NCBI GenBank assembly: GCA_009914755.4
Contig: CP086569.2
Span: 19,296,001 to 19,360,000 of the forward strand
DNA: 64,000 nucleotides
Direction of reading: 5' to 3'
From: the human T2T-CHM13v2.0 reference genome, Homo sapiens
Position numbers and translations under genes: made by a program. The number at the start of each line of letters is the position of its first letter. Within the stretch, counting starts at the first letter, position 1. Shown here one piece after another: positions 1-13,900 of this stretch. Under the pieces are notes generated by a model. It saw only the letters and a program-made list of their open reading frames with translations, was not told the DNA's origin and ran no database searches.

Positions 1-3000
1 GTATTCACATGAACGTATGGATGCCCTGGGACTTGGGCAGCTATGTGATGGGAAACCTGTTCCTGAAGGCAAGCCTTGGCTTATCCCATGTAGCAAACTT
101 CCAGGGGAATAGCTGGCCCTCTGTTTCTGGAACTTTAAAAGTGGTCAGTGACCCTGGTGGACAATGTCCCAAAGTCCTACCTCAGGGTAGGAACGTGGTC
201 AGACAGCTGATTATGAACCAGCATTGAAGGGTGGCAAAGTAGGACCCCAGCCACTCTATCACCATGATGGACTGGGTGTGAACGTGTGTCTTCATTCTCT
301 TAATGAGGTGGGCATGGGGTATCTGGCAGGGACTGTTGGGCAGGAATCAAGTCCAGTGTCTGCTCACATGCACTGAACCCTATGTAGAAGGTTATTAGGT
401 CCTGGGGGCCATAGATGGTGGTTGCTGGGCCTGTGTGCTCGGGGCAGTCTCTCCAAAGGCAAAGATGGGGTTTCTGAACAGGACCTGGGGAGACAGGCAG
501 ATGCTCACAAGTGCTGTTTCCCCCATCTGGCAATCAGTGAGAAAAACACACAAGTGGAGGTCTTACCTGCCCCAGTCTGGAGGGCTGATGCTCTCTGGAA
601 AGGTGGTTAATACACACTGTCTGCTGTCTCTCTGTCTCCCACTTCAAAACTTCAGGGCAAAAATAATCCAAGATTGTCAGGATGAGACTGGTGAGGGTGT
701 CACCTTTGGGGATAGGTCCTTTAGCCTGGCAGAGTCTCCACCCCAGGCTTCCTGGGGAGCCTGGACTTCAAAGCCTGCTTTGGGGAAGCTGTCAAGAGAT
801 GTGTGTGTGTGAGCTGGGTGCTGGGCAGCCTGACAAGACAGTGCTTTTCTACCTAGCTCTTGTAGAATTTGTCGGTGGCCTGTGTAATTACCTCTTGGTA
901 ATTCCCACCCCACCCTCATCACACAGATAAAATGAAGCCAGCATAGCCTGGGGGTCGGCAGATGTACAGGTTCTACCGCAGGAACCCTGGGCATACCCAC
1001 CTGCCTCAGGTGTGTCAGGGAAAACAGGTGAGGCCCCTTTCTTTTTCTTCATTGAATGTTGGCAATGGCCTTTTGCAGCCAAATGGCAACAGGCAAGCAG
1101 GAGAGTGCCTCATCTTGAAAGAAGTGGCTCCTGGAAGCAGCTAGGAGGTGGCAGAGGTCCCCCATACTCCCTTAACCTGTTCTCAGAGCAGGAAAAGGGG
1201 CCTCTGTGACAGCCCTCCTCAGTGGCTCTCACTCTCTGAGGGGTGTGCTTGCCCACCCAGGTGTGCCCCCATATGAAATGTTTTTGTGTGGACCTGGTTG
1301 GGAAGGTTCAGCTGAAGCAACCACTGGAACCTGCCCACATGTAGTATCTCCAATGACACATGGGATCAGATGGTCCTTCTGAAGTGGTACACCCAGAGTT
1401 GCACAGAGGGCGAGTCCCTGCTGCAGTTCCCATCGGGTCTGAATGTGGATTAGGCTTGGTACCCATGTATTTCCCAATTAGCTGGTTCCATCTGGGGGCT
1501 TCATGGACAGGAGTAGTGCTTTTCCAGGCCTCTTCTCCATATGCCAGCTACAGGCCCAGATTTCCCAAGTATCTGGAGACCCCCTTCCAGCCTGGCAAGC
1601 ATGGCATGTTGTGGGGGAAGGACATCAAGTCTACAGGCAGCAGAACCTGTCTGGCTAGGTTCTCTACCCCTGGAGGCCCCTGGTTGTTTACCTGTTTGGG
1701 TGAGAGTTGGCTTAGGAACTCAACATTCTTGTAGGACTTCAGAACACTATAGACAGGGGCCCAGGAGGGAGCAGGGGCTGGCAGCTAATCAGTGTAGTGG
1801 CGGTTGTAGGGCTCAGTTTGGTCTTGCAGGGAATTCAGAGGGCTTGGATTTGCTGAAGCTCTAGACAAGTTTGGGCTTGGATATGGAAACAGCATGGATC
1901 AGGGGCCCTTCTGCATGCAGAAGTCTGAGTAGTTACACCCTGGTGCATCCATAAGTGTTTCTCACCTGGAGCACAGCTGTGGGTAGAAGCTGGGAGAGCT
2001 GTGGAGGGAAGAGGAGGCAGAACGAGTCTCAGGGCAGCCACAGCAGCCACGCAGGGCCTCTGCAAGTGAGATGCAGATCCAGCCTGTTGGTCACTTAGCA
2101 GCTGCTTGGACGGCTGCAGATCACCTGACCTCTGCTCACCAGTAGATGGGGGTTGCATTAGCACTTACCTTCAGGGACTTCTGCAGCTTGAAGGGGAAGC
2201 ACACACCACAGGATGAGAAAGCACCTGACTCAGGCAAGCTTCTCCAAGAGCACCACATCAGATTAACATCCAACCTGTACAGGACACCATGAAATCTCCC
2301 CACCCCTCATTCCAGCTGTAAGAAAAGGGAGTCTTTGTCCTAGGGGAACAAGCACAGGCATACTTATGCAGTGAGCACATGGCCCAAGTTGCGGAAAGGC
2401 CCTTGGATGAATGCTGGTTTCACCAACAATCTGTGGGTTGGGTTTGGCCTGGACCCTTGGACCCCAGCAGTCCAGTACCCCCCTGCATGGGACAGGACTG
2501 GGAGGTGGGTGGGAGGGCTGAGCTTTGATGGAAGCCATTATTTGGCTTCCTGTCAAGTGGTACAGGTGGTTGTTGGTGGCTCAGTTTTGAAAGACCTGGG
2601 TGATCACCCAAGGAGTGAAAATTGCCTTTTTATGAGAAATTACCAAAATTCATGCAAGCTCATCTGTTGAAAAGGTAAGAAATGCTGACAGTTGGCTTCA
2701 CCTGCCCCTTCCCCACAAGTAACTTGTGTTCAGGGGTGGGTTTTCTTCCTTCCCAGACTTTCCCCTTTGCATGTAACTGTGTGCATGTACTTTGGCATGT
2801 ACACACACACTTTCCCTGGAGGGGTTACTTTTATTTTTTTATTTGGGGGGATAACAAGTGAGTCAGCCTGACACTTGCTTATTTGGTCTTTTAAGTGTGG
2901 AGTCCTCTACGGAGTGGGCATCAGGTACTTACTAGCTGGCCTCTGCCAGCTGTTTGGCTGCCCCGGTTTCTGCCCTTCACAGAAATGCTGGCCACCTGGT

Positions 3001-3779
3001 GTGACATTCAGTTTCCTTGTTTGCAGCTAGTATGAGACAAGTGGATCAGGGACATTATAAACTGAAAAAGCGCACAACATGCAGAGGGAAAGAATAAATG
3101 ACCATGTGTGTACTGAGATGACAAACATTGTTTTTGCCTAACATTTGGGCCCTGAGAAAGGGCATTTATGTTTTACTTTTTATTTAAAACAGAGATAGAA
3201 GAAATATTACCAGGCTTTCTTTTCCATTATCCCCAAATCCCAAATCCTACTTTACCCCCTCAAGTTTACCTACCTCTGAGAGAAAGAGGAGCTCGCCTGG
3301 TTAATGAGAGCCTGAAATAATTGAACCGGGTCACAGGGTAAAGGTCATACTGCTTCTGTCTCCTTGTGAATCACTTGCTCATCTCAGATATTTCATAGCT
3401 CCCTGTATAAAGGTAGATGTGTTATCCTCCTAGCCTGCTTTCTTGGTTTGATACATGCCTGAGAGCACGTGAGAGCACTTAAGGTCTAGGCTGATTGGAG
3501 GACTGTTCTGCCCACCCCATCTCATCTATCCAGCTCAGCCTGCATGCATGCATTCCCTCATCTGATTTCTGAGTAGGGGATGGGAGGTCTCACATTGACC
3601 TCAAGTTTCTGTGACTTTTTCCACCTCTGTTTTCCAAGGCAGCCTCTGCTGTGGGACTTGTAATGAGATTTGTGAAGTCAGTATCTACTTTTCTTGTGTG
3701 GGTGTTTTATAAAGTAAAGCCCTGGAGGGGAATAAATGTTAAAGGTACAACAAACCCCTAACCTATAAACATCTAAGCC

Positions 3780-3950
3780 TGACCCTTTTTTGGTGGTAAA
3801 ATATATATAACATAAAACTTACTATTTTTTCCATGTTTAAATGCACAGTTCAGTATATTCACAGTGTTGTAAAACCATCTCCTTAATCCGTATCTACAAC
3901 TTCTTTATCGTCCTAAACTGAAAGACTATACCCATAAATAAGTCTTTGAA
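3780..3950 (-). mobile_element. L1M-type LINE-1 3'-end fragment (antisense)
   Basis: Matches the reverse complement of an old L1 3' UTR ('ggtggtaaaatatatataacataaaa...ctaaactgaaa'). Confidence 0.5.
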
Positions 3951-4180
3951 TAGAAGACTGATGCAGTTGACTCCATAAAAATTCAAACTTTCTATGAGAG
4001 AAAAATACTTCAAATGACTCATAGACTGTGGAAATAGATCTGCAACATACGTGACAGACAAAAAGCTAATTTACGTAATATATATATATCCTAAATTATT
4101 AAAAGACTAGCAGTCAAATTGAAAAATGGACAAGGGATGTAAAGAAACAGTTCAAAGCAACACATAGATTTTTAAATATT
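3950..4180 (+). mobile_element. L1M ORF2 C-terminal fragment (sense)
   Basis: Resembles sense-strand L1 ORF2 3' coding sequence ('gcaacatacgtgacagacaaaaagctaat...aaaaatggacaagggatgtaaag'). It abuts antisense L1 pieces on both sides. Confidence 0.45.
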
Positions 4181-4184
4181 TGCT

Positions 4185-6222
4185 AATTTTTTACTGTGGT
4201 AAAATATGTGTAATAGAAAATTTAAGTACATTAGGTACAAATACATTGCTGTGCAACTATCACCGCTATCCATTTTCAAATCTGTTTTATCATCCCAAAG
4301 TGAAACACTGTATCCACAGAACAATAGCTCCCGTTTCCCTTCCCCCTATCCCCTGGAAACCACATCCCACTTCCTGTGTCTATGAATTTAACCGTTGTAG
4401 GTTTGTTATAAAAGTGAAAAGCATGGAGTATTTGCATTTTTTGTTTTAATCTTTTCAAGGTTTATGTTGTAGGATGTATTAAAATTTCTTTTCTTTTTAA
4501 TGCTGAATAATATGTCATTGTGTGTATGGCTCACATTTGCTTATCCATTCATCTGTAGATGGACCTTTGGGCTTTTTCTACCCTTTGGCTATTCTGAATG
4601 CTGCTACGAACATGGGTGTTCAAATTCCCACTTTCAGTTTTCTGGGGTATAGGCCCAGATGTCGAATTACTGGATCACATAGTGATTACTGTTTTCCACA
4701 GTGGCTGTGCCATCTTACTTTCCCACCAGCAGAGTGCAGGAGTCCTGACTTCTCCACATCCAGCATTTGCTGCTTTCTGGAGCTTTGTTGTTTGTTTTAG
4801 TTTGCTGCTGGTGGTTTTTTTGATGGTAGCTATACTTACATGTGTCAGTTGGTATGACATTGTGGTTTGGATTTACTTTTTTCTCATGATTACTGATGCT
4901 GGGCTCCTTATACTGTGCTTACTGGTCATTTGTATATCTTCTTTAAAGAAATGTGTATTTTAAAACCTTTGCTCATGTTTAAATTTGATTGTTTTGTTGT
5001 TGTTTCTGAGGTCTTTATATAGCCTGGATATTAATTACTTGTGAAATACATAAATGTGTGAATATTTTCTCCCCCTCCGTGAATTGTATTTTCAATCTAT
5101 TGATTGTATCTCAGATACACAAAAGCTTTTCACTATGATGAAGTTATTTTTGTGTATTGTTGTTTTTGTTGTTGTCTATGCTTTCACTGACATATCCAAG
5201 AAATTATTGCCAGATTCTATGTTATGAAACTCTTTTCCTATGTTTTTTTCTAAGGGTTTTATAGTTTCAGCACTTACAATTAGATGTTTGGTCTATTTTA
5301 AATTAAGTTTTTTATGTGGTGTAAAGTAAGGGTTGAACTTCGTTGTTTTTCATGTAAATATTCATTTGTTAACACCGTTTTTAAAATACTGTCCTTTCCC
5401 ATTGAATAGTTTTGACTACCTTGTTAAAAATCATGACCATATGTTTTGGTTCTTTATTTCTATTGCATTGGTCTTTCTGTCTGTCTCTATGCCGGTACAA
5501 CATTGTCTTGGGTACTGAAGCGTTGCAGTAAGTTTGAAACCAGGAGGTGTTAGTCCTCTAATTTTGTTAGTTTTTAAGATTGATTTGGCTACTTGGGGTT
5601 TTTTGAAATCTCATCTGAATTTTAGAACAGGTTTTTCTATTTTTGCAAATATTGGAATTTTTATAGTGATTTTATTGAATTCATGGATGACTATTGATAA
5701 CAATGGCATCTTGACAAGGTTTTGTCTTCCAATCCATAATAAACACATGACGTCTTTTCATTTATTTGTATCATCTTTAATATTTTTCTGCAATGTTTAT
5801 AGTTTTTGCTGTACAGGTTTTTCATTTCCTTGGTTAAGTTTGTTCCTAATATGTTATTGTTTTGATGCTATCATAAATTATACTGTTGTCTTGATTTCTT
5901 CTTCACATAGTTTATTATTATTGCAGAAATACAACTAATTTGTGTGTATTGATTTTCTATCCTGCAGTTTTGCTGAATTTTATTTACTGCATCTGACAGT
6001 TTAACTCACAGAAACTAGAAGATTTTTAACATATAAGATTATGTCATCTGCGAACAGATAATTTTACTTTTTCAAAAATTGGAATATCTTTCACTCTTTT
6101 ACTTGCCTTTTTGTTTTAACTAATTAGAATCTTCAGTACTATATTAAATAGAAGTAGTGAAAACAGGCATCCTTGTTTTTGCTCTTAGAGTAAAATCTGT
6201 CAGTCTTTCACCATAAGGTTAG

Positions 6223-6268
<46 letters not shown>

Positions 6269-7450
6269 ATTTTTTAATATAACATTACATCGATATTTTA
6301 TTTATTTTTATAGCTTATTAAGTATATTTTTATGATTGTGGGTTAAATTTTGACAAATTCTTTTATTTGATTAAAATGATCACATGAGGGTTTTTTCCTT
6401 CTTTATGTTAATGTGATATTAAACTGATTTTCATGTGTTGGAACATAATTTTATTTCAGGAGTCAACTATACTCATTCATAGTGTGTAATCCTTTTAATG
6501 TACTGATAAATTTCAATTGCTGGTATTTTGTTGAGGATTTTTGAATCAGCATTTGTAAGGGATGTTTGTAGTTTTCTTATAGTGTCTTTTTCTGGCTTGG
6601 TGTCAGGGTAATTCTAGCCTCATAGAATAAGTTAGAAAATGTTACCTCCTCTTCAACGTTTTGAAAAAGCTTGAGAAAAACTGGTGTTAATTCTGCATTA
6701 AATGTTGGGTAGAATTCAACAGTGAAGCCGTCTGCTCCAGGCTTTTCTTTGTTGCTGGGTTTTTGATTACTGATGCAGTCTTCTTGCGGAATCTCCTTTC
6801 TGAATAGGTTTATTCAACTTTTCATATTCAGTCTTAGTGGGTTTTTTGTTTCTAGGAATTTGTTCGTTTTATTTATGTTATTCAATTTTTAAGTGTACAG
6901 TTTCTTATGGTACCCTCCTACATTCTTTTTTTACTCCAAAAATTTGGTAGTAATGAATCCATTTTATTTTTGAGTTTTGTAATTTGAGTATTCTTTTTTT
7001 CTTAGTCAATCTAGTTAAAGGTTTGTCAGTTTTGTTGAACTTTTTCAGAGAACAAACTTGGTTTTGTTGTATTTTGATATTTTTCTATTCTCTTTCACTT
7101 ATTTCCACTGCTATCTTTATCATTTTTTATTTTGCTAGCTTTTAGTTGTTCCCTCTTTTTCCCTCTGTTTTTAGTTCATTAGCTATATAGTTAAGTTGTT
7201 GATTTGATATCTTACTTTTTATAATCATTTATAACTATAAATTTTTCTCTTATGCTACTGCTTTTGATGTATGTCTTAACTTTTGGTATTTCATATTTTT
7301 AATTTGTCTCTAGATATTTTCTGTTTTCTCTTGTGATTTATTCTTCTATCCATCCTTGAGTGTTTAATACCTGTATTTTTAGACATAAAATGTGTAACCC
7401 ACAGAATTTTCTTGATTTGTTACAATTTTGTTTGTTGTAAATTTTTGTTT
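4185..7450 (-). mobile_element. L1M-type LINE-1, 3' portion (antisense)
   Basis: Starts with the reverse complement of an L1M 3' UTR ('ttttactgtggtaaaatatgtgtaatagaaaatttaag...'), then ORF2-derived antisense sequence ('ctgaataatatgtcattgtgtgtatggctcacatttgcttatccattcatctgtagatggac'). No intact ORF. Confidence 0.7.
6224..6267. repeat. (GT)n microsatellite, about 22 units
   Basis: Uninterrupted gtgtgt run. Confidence 0.95.
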
Positions 7451-9689
7451 CAGACTTAAATGTGTGTATCAGCATTTGTTATGTTCTCATAAACTTTGTA
7501 ATACATGAAGATTCCTGGTCCACATATGCAAGCCTCTACATGAATATTATTTTGAAGCATTATCCTTCTATTTTAATATTCCAAATGTCTATATGAAATT
7601 GAGATCTTGGTTTCTGAGATGAAATCATGATAGGTGACTGAGAAATCCTTAAAAATTAGCCAAAACTTAAAATTAAGTTACAGTTTACCTTCAAGATTCA
7701 ACCTGAGTCACTCTGTATTGCTGGTAATAAAAAAATAAGTCTTTAATGGAATAAAAGCAAATTTCAGAGAATGTTTTTTTCCCCCTCGTTGACATTGAAA
7801 TTAAAAGCCATAAAAAACTTTATGGCCTTAGGCACTGTTTACTTTAGAATTCCAACTTTTCCTAGTTAAAATTTTTCTAAACAGATTCCTGTGAATTTGA
7901 AAGAAATAATTTTTTAGTTGAAATGCTTAAGCATATTTAAGAAGTTAAAGCTGTTGTGCTTATTCTTGCCTTAAATAGTTTATGTAATGTAACTACATTT
8001 TAAAAGTTTCATTGTTAAGTTTCTCTAAACTTTGGTTAAGAAGCAGAAAGCATTACATGAGATTTTTGACATATGCTTTCAAGAAATCTCTTTTAAAAAT
8101 GTTAAAGGAAGAACTGTTTAACATAAAAATGAATCTTTATGTGTTTGCATAATTTGAAAAAGTACGGCCCACAGCTTTTTTAATGCCCAAGAACGACACA
8201 TATTTTCCTTTAGTAATATGAGGATAATAATTGTAGTTACCATGAGTGTTATGCCACATGACATGCAAAATTCTTTATGTATATTCATCTTCTAATCTTC
8301 AGAATTGTCTAATAAGTTTGACAAATTTATTATCTCCATTTTTATAACCATTATTCTTGATTCATTATACACCCTCATCAGTTTTCTGTGCTTGATTCTT
8401 TATGTATGTTTAGTTTGTTCATGTGCTTTTATTTCTAATAAACATTTAGAAATTAGAAATTTGAAAACTGAGATTTAAAAGTGGAATAAATTGTCCATGG
8501 GACACCCAGCTACGAGACACAGAGCCAGGATAAAAACTGGCATCTGTCTGACTCTAAAACCTGCAATGTTAACCACTGTAATCCCAGACAAACTTCCTTG
8601 ATCATTCTACATGAATTAATGTATCTGTCTCTTTCTTCTCTCATTCTTCTTTTTTGTTCTTAGTACTCATTACAACTTGACGTGCACATGTAGATTTTTG
8701 TTTATAGAGATGGGGGTCTTTCTCTGATAATCATACACGTATATTTTTAATTTGCTATCTTTCTCTCTTGCTGTTTCATTCAATGTTCTCCTAAAACAAT
8801 TACAGGCATTTGTACTGGTCTGTATGTATTGGTTGATACTTAAATAAATGAATGAAATTAGTGTATTCTGTACAGCATTAGTGCATATATTATTAAAGCT
8901 GTTATAGATTTTGTGTTTTCCTCTCTTTAAATTTTTCTTTCTATATTGCAGCACTCCCCAGTCTTTTCAGCACTAGGGACTAGTTTCGTGGAAGACAACT
9001 TATCCATGGACTGGGCAGGGGGACAGTTTCAGGATGACTCAAGCACATTACGTTTATTTCATACTTTATTATATTGCATTGTAATATATAATGAAATAAT
9101 TATACAACTCACTGTAATGTAGAATCAGTGAGAGCCCTGAGCTAGTTTTCTTGCAACTAGTCAGTTCCATTTGACGGTGATGGGAGACTGTGACACTCAA
9201 AATGTGGTGCTTATGTCCAGTCTACTTCATAATTTTGTTTTGATTGCTGTCACTGGAAAAAAACTCTGCTTCAGAAAGACAGGATTTTGGAAATGGAAGC
9301 AGGAGTTTCAGTGATACTGTTAACAAAGAGATGTCAACGCTGCTATGGAGAAGAACAGCAATGGCTTCACTATCCTTAAATTTTACATAACATTTGCTAT
9401 TATAGGTTCTTCTCCCTGTTCTTATTTTTTCCTGATATCTCTCCTCTTAAATGGTACATATAATCCTGTTATTTTATTTCAAAATTTTTAATGCTTTTCA
9501 ATACCTGCAGGTCTTTACTGAATACTTCTATAATCATTTAACTCTAATTCTATTTCAATAGCTAAGCTGCCCATTTGATATTTCCATTGGTTATTATACC
9601 TATCACAAACTTGATAAATCTGAAATTTGGTTCTATAGATAATTTTCTTGTAATAGTTTAAATATACATTCAAAAATTATTTGAAACTC

Positions 9690-10950
9690 TTCAAAAAGTA
9701 TGAAGGATCTTCAAAAAGTTCATGAGAAATGCATATTGAGAATAAATTCTGCATAGACTTCAAAAATATTTTGCAACTAAATAAACTTTTACTAACTTTG
9801 TTATAACATGTCTGAACAGGATCTAATTTGGGGAATTATAATAAGGAAACTAAGACACCAATTTGAAAAGAGATCGTATTAGAGCAGCATGAATTCTACT
9901 AAAATTAAAGCAAGAAAAAACATCAAATTTATGGCCATTTTGGGTGAAAGAATAGTAAAATAACTAATTCTTTATAACAATTTATGGGGACAATGCCCCC
10001 CGACATTCACAAGCATACAAATGAATAACTCATTTTAAGAAGGGATGATTAGGTGTTGAAGATAAAGCCCACAGTGGAAGACAATTCACATTAACTCACC
10101 AGAAAAGAAATTAATCTTGTTCATGCCGTGCTTTAGGAGTGACAACGGTATAAACAACAGTTTAGGAATGACAACGGTATAAACAACAGTCAACACCATG
10201 GCCATCTCTTAAATTCACACAATTTTGAGAATTTTTCCACTCAATAGATTAGAAAACTCTTGTTCCTAGATCAGCTGCAGACAAGAACAGAGCTTTCAAC
10301 TGAAATTGTACATAAATGTTATTAAGATCTTGAGGCATTTCTTCAAATAATTGTGTGAGGAAGTCAAACACAGCTGTTCCATGAAATTTTCAACATAAAA
10401 CAGAAATAAAGCAACGGCTACCAAGAAGTGAAAGTGGTCCAGTCTCAGCAAAAGGTTACTGGTCTAGAACAAAGCTCATAGCAACAGTGTCAGGGTGCTC
10501 AAGGCATTTTGCCTGTTGGCTTTCTAGAGGGCCAAAAACAAAACAAAACAATACATAATGCAATAAAACATGCTATTATGGAGTATTTTGAGACAGTTAC
10601 CCAAAGCGTTAGGGGAAATATTTCCAGAAAATTTTACCATAGAATTCTTCACCACCACAACAATGTTCCTCCTCTTTCCTCTCATTAAAAAAAATCAAAG
10701 GACAATTTTGCTGGACTTTCCATGGAAAATTATTAAGCATCCACCTTTTAACCCTGATTTGGCTCCCTCCAACTTCTTTTTCTCTTCTGATTTTAAAACA
10801 GCTTTAAAAGACACCCATTTTCTACAGTTAATAATGTAAAAGAGACTTTCCTGACATTGTTAAATTCCCAGGACCTTACTTTTTGTGGGGATAGACTGAA
10901 GGCTGGTATTATTGCTTATAAAAGTGTCTTGAACTTGACTTGATGAAGCT
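9690..10950 (+). mobile_element. Hsmar2-like mariner DNA transposon relic
   Basis: ORF 10570-10839 carries the mariner transposase C-terminal hallmark 'HPPFNPDLAPSNFF' (compare HPPYSPDLAPSDFHLF). The upstream sequence is degenerate transposase-like coding. Element boundaries are approximate and the TIRs are not confidently seen. Confidence 0.45.
10141..10195 (+). repeat. Two-copy tandem duplication of about 27 bp inside the mariner relic
   Basis: 'gtgacaacggtataaacaacagt' occurs twice in direct tandem, separated by 'ttaggaa'. Confidence 0.6.
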
Positions 10951-13900
10951 AATGTTGAGAAATAAAGTTTATATATTTTATTTTTGTGTTTTACTTTCAT
11001 TTTTTCACAAACTTATTGAAGTCCTTTCATAGACCCTAATTCTTTTCTTCTTGAAGGTATGTCAAGCTTAAAAATCCTTTCTGGTGAATAGAAGGTGACA
11101 GAAGTGTCCATGTGTGACTTCTGAGTCTAGGTCATAAAAGATTTTGCCACTAATGCATTGTTTTTCCTAAGCCACTCTCTCTGAAAGAAACCAGCCACTA
11201 TTTGGTGAGAACAGTCAATCATCCCTACAAAAATATCTATGTGGAGAGAACCTGAGACCTTCAATTAAAAACCCCACCAACTTGCAGGCCATGAATGTTA
11301 GCAAAGTTGAAAGTGGATCTTCTAGTTGCTGTCAAGAGTTTGGATGACAGCCCCAATTGAAATCTGACTGTAACCACATGAGATGGCCTGGGGCACAAAC
11401 ACCAGGATAATTGTTCTTGAATTTCTCATCTACAGAAATTCAGGTAATAAATATTGTGATTTTATGCCATAAAGTTTTGGGGTTACATGTTATGAAACAA
11501 TACATAGCAACTTCACTCTTTCAACATCCATTTTATTTTTTATACAACCATGCATTTTTAATAATGAGGATATATATTGAGAAATGCACCATTGTGTAGT
11601 ATTATTACTGTGTGAACATCATAGAATGTACTTACACAAACCTAGGTGGTATAGCCCATTGGAGACCTAGACTATATGGTATAGCCTATTGCTCCTAAAC
11701 TACAAACCTGGACAGCATGTTACTATGCTGAATACTGTAAGCAATTGTAACACTATAGTCAACATTTGTATACATAAACATAAAAGGCACAGCAAATTTA
11801 TGTTATAAAAGATTTAAAAAATGGTATATTTGAATAAGGCACTTACCTCAGGTGGTCTGCTAATTTTCATGGTCACATGAAGATTCCACTGAAATATATT
11901 CTGAACTACCCACTGCCATAGGTGGCAGCCTTGACTATGTGCACCACCCATGAAGGTCGCCTTTCCCTTGCTTTTCCTGACTTTTCAAGTGCATGATTAT
12001 GTGCTAAGTCATCACAAGAGCTGAACTCTGTTCTCTTTCTGTTGGGTTCTGCAGCTATTTATTATCAGTTTGGTACCTAGATTTTGTAGACCCTATTTCG
12101 TTGACATTCTTGGTAGAATCAGGCCATCTTCATCCCATTGTGCTATCCTTGTGTTACTGTCATGTATTATAATGTGTAAAGTCATTTTTTTTAAGAACAA
12201 TCTGAGGGTAGACCATAGGCATAGGACCTTTGTGCCTATTGTTTCAGCCAACCTCACAGAGAGAACAGTTAGTGGTTTTCCCTTGATCAGCATTAATTTG
12301 GATAAACGTTGCTGTCAGTTACTGTGAAACTGGTTACATTTTCCTTTCACTTTTTTTCATCTTAAGAAAACATCTTTAATCCATACAGCATGTTTTCTCT
12401 TGTTTTATACCCACTGGAGTCATAGGCATTTTTCTGCTTTAAGTTATGGCCAACCATTGGATTAGGGCTGAGACATTAGGTGCACAGGATTACACACAAA
12501 CTGTTCTCCAAATACTCTTCATTTTAGGATAAAAGTATTGGTACTTATATATACTTTAATTACAATTCTTACACTTATTTCTCTGAATACCATTAGTTCA
12601 ATGATTATTTGAACCTTTAATGACCACATTAATGAATGTTGACGAGACAAACATTCTTCCTTTGAGAGGCACTTTAGAAAGACAAAGAATCTTCAGGTCC
12701 AATGGGAAGTATTTCTAGTTGGTACATATAATGAGCCAAGAAGACTGTACACATAATTATGAATGAGACATTGCTCCACGAAAATATTCTATTGCTAAAG
12801 ATGTCTAAAGATGAAAAATTTACAATCAGAAGCAACAAAAACCAGACACATTTTTTAGTAAATGTGTCTCCTCCTTGTCCTTCTGTTGCCTCCTTGCATG
12901 TTGCTCTCCCTCCTGCCCCTTATGATTCTAATATCTCATCTTTTGCCCAACTATTGACTTCTCCTTCTAGTTTTTTAATATGAAATTATTTTCTGAGCTG
13001 TCACACATTCCCAAATTGTTTGTTTCACCTAAGTATCCACCTTTCCCATGACCCAGATTGGTAAGCAACTGCAGAATTCAAATCTAGTGCATGAGTTCAG
13101 AGTTGCACATGAACTAACAAGTTATAATTAACGATTTTTAAAAACTAAACAAGAAAATTAAATATTCATCAAATAATTTAGAATTATTTAGGGCACATAT
13201 GGCTTAGGGTTACTTGACATATCAACTTGTACACCTGTTAGATGGAACATCAGATGCTAAATCCTGGATGACAAAATGTGATTGGCCTGACCTGCTAGGA
13301 AACTTGTAGAATTCCTCTTTCCAAAATATCAGGGTCAAAATCATTCATAAAAACAATAATACAATTATTAAACTATAGAAGATTTGTAGATAGAATATAA
13401 AATTTTTTGTCACAACTCAGTTAAAACAGGTTTTTCTGAAGATCAATATTTATGTAAAAGTTATAAAACATAAAATAATAATAGGGATAATTACATAATA
13501 AAAGCTATCACAAATACTGAACAGAAGACTTCAGAAATTATACTAATTTTGCCATTTATATTTTACTATCAACTATAATTATTGTTTTTCTTAAAAGAAA
13601 TAAATATACCATTATGAGGTGATCAGAAGCAGACAAGGAGGTTAGACATTTCCTCATTTATTCACTCAGCGACCCTGTCACAGAACTAAATCTGTGCTAA
13701 GTGCCATGATGGGCCCAGCATGTGGTGCTGAGAAATGATTGAGTGGCCCTTTCCCCAACTCAAGAAGCCTGCAGTCTGAGGATATATGGACAAAAACCCT
13801 AAAGCAAGTACAAGTAAATGAAGAGTAAATGCTATAATTAAAATAAAGTAGGATGTTGAAAGGCAGGGCGGGGAGCCATAGCATTCTAGGGACCCAAATG

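Noticed and set aside
8960-9260. Segment resembling a common human interspersed repeat ('...cactagggactagtttcgtggaagacaacttatccatggactggg...taatatataatgaaataattatacaactcac...')
   Set aside because: It is clearly repeat-derived, but I cannot assign the family reliably without a database search.
11600-11830. Segment resembling a known interspersed-repeat consensus ('...ctacaaacctggacagcatgttactatgctgaatactgtaagcaattgtaacac...')
   Set aside because: I recognise it as a repeat but cannot confidently name the family from memory, so I do not list it as a feature.
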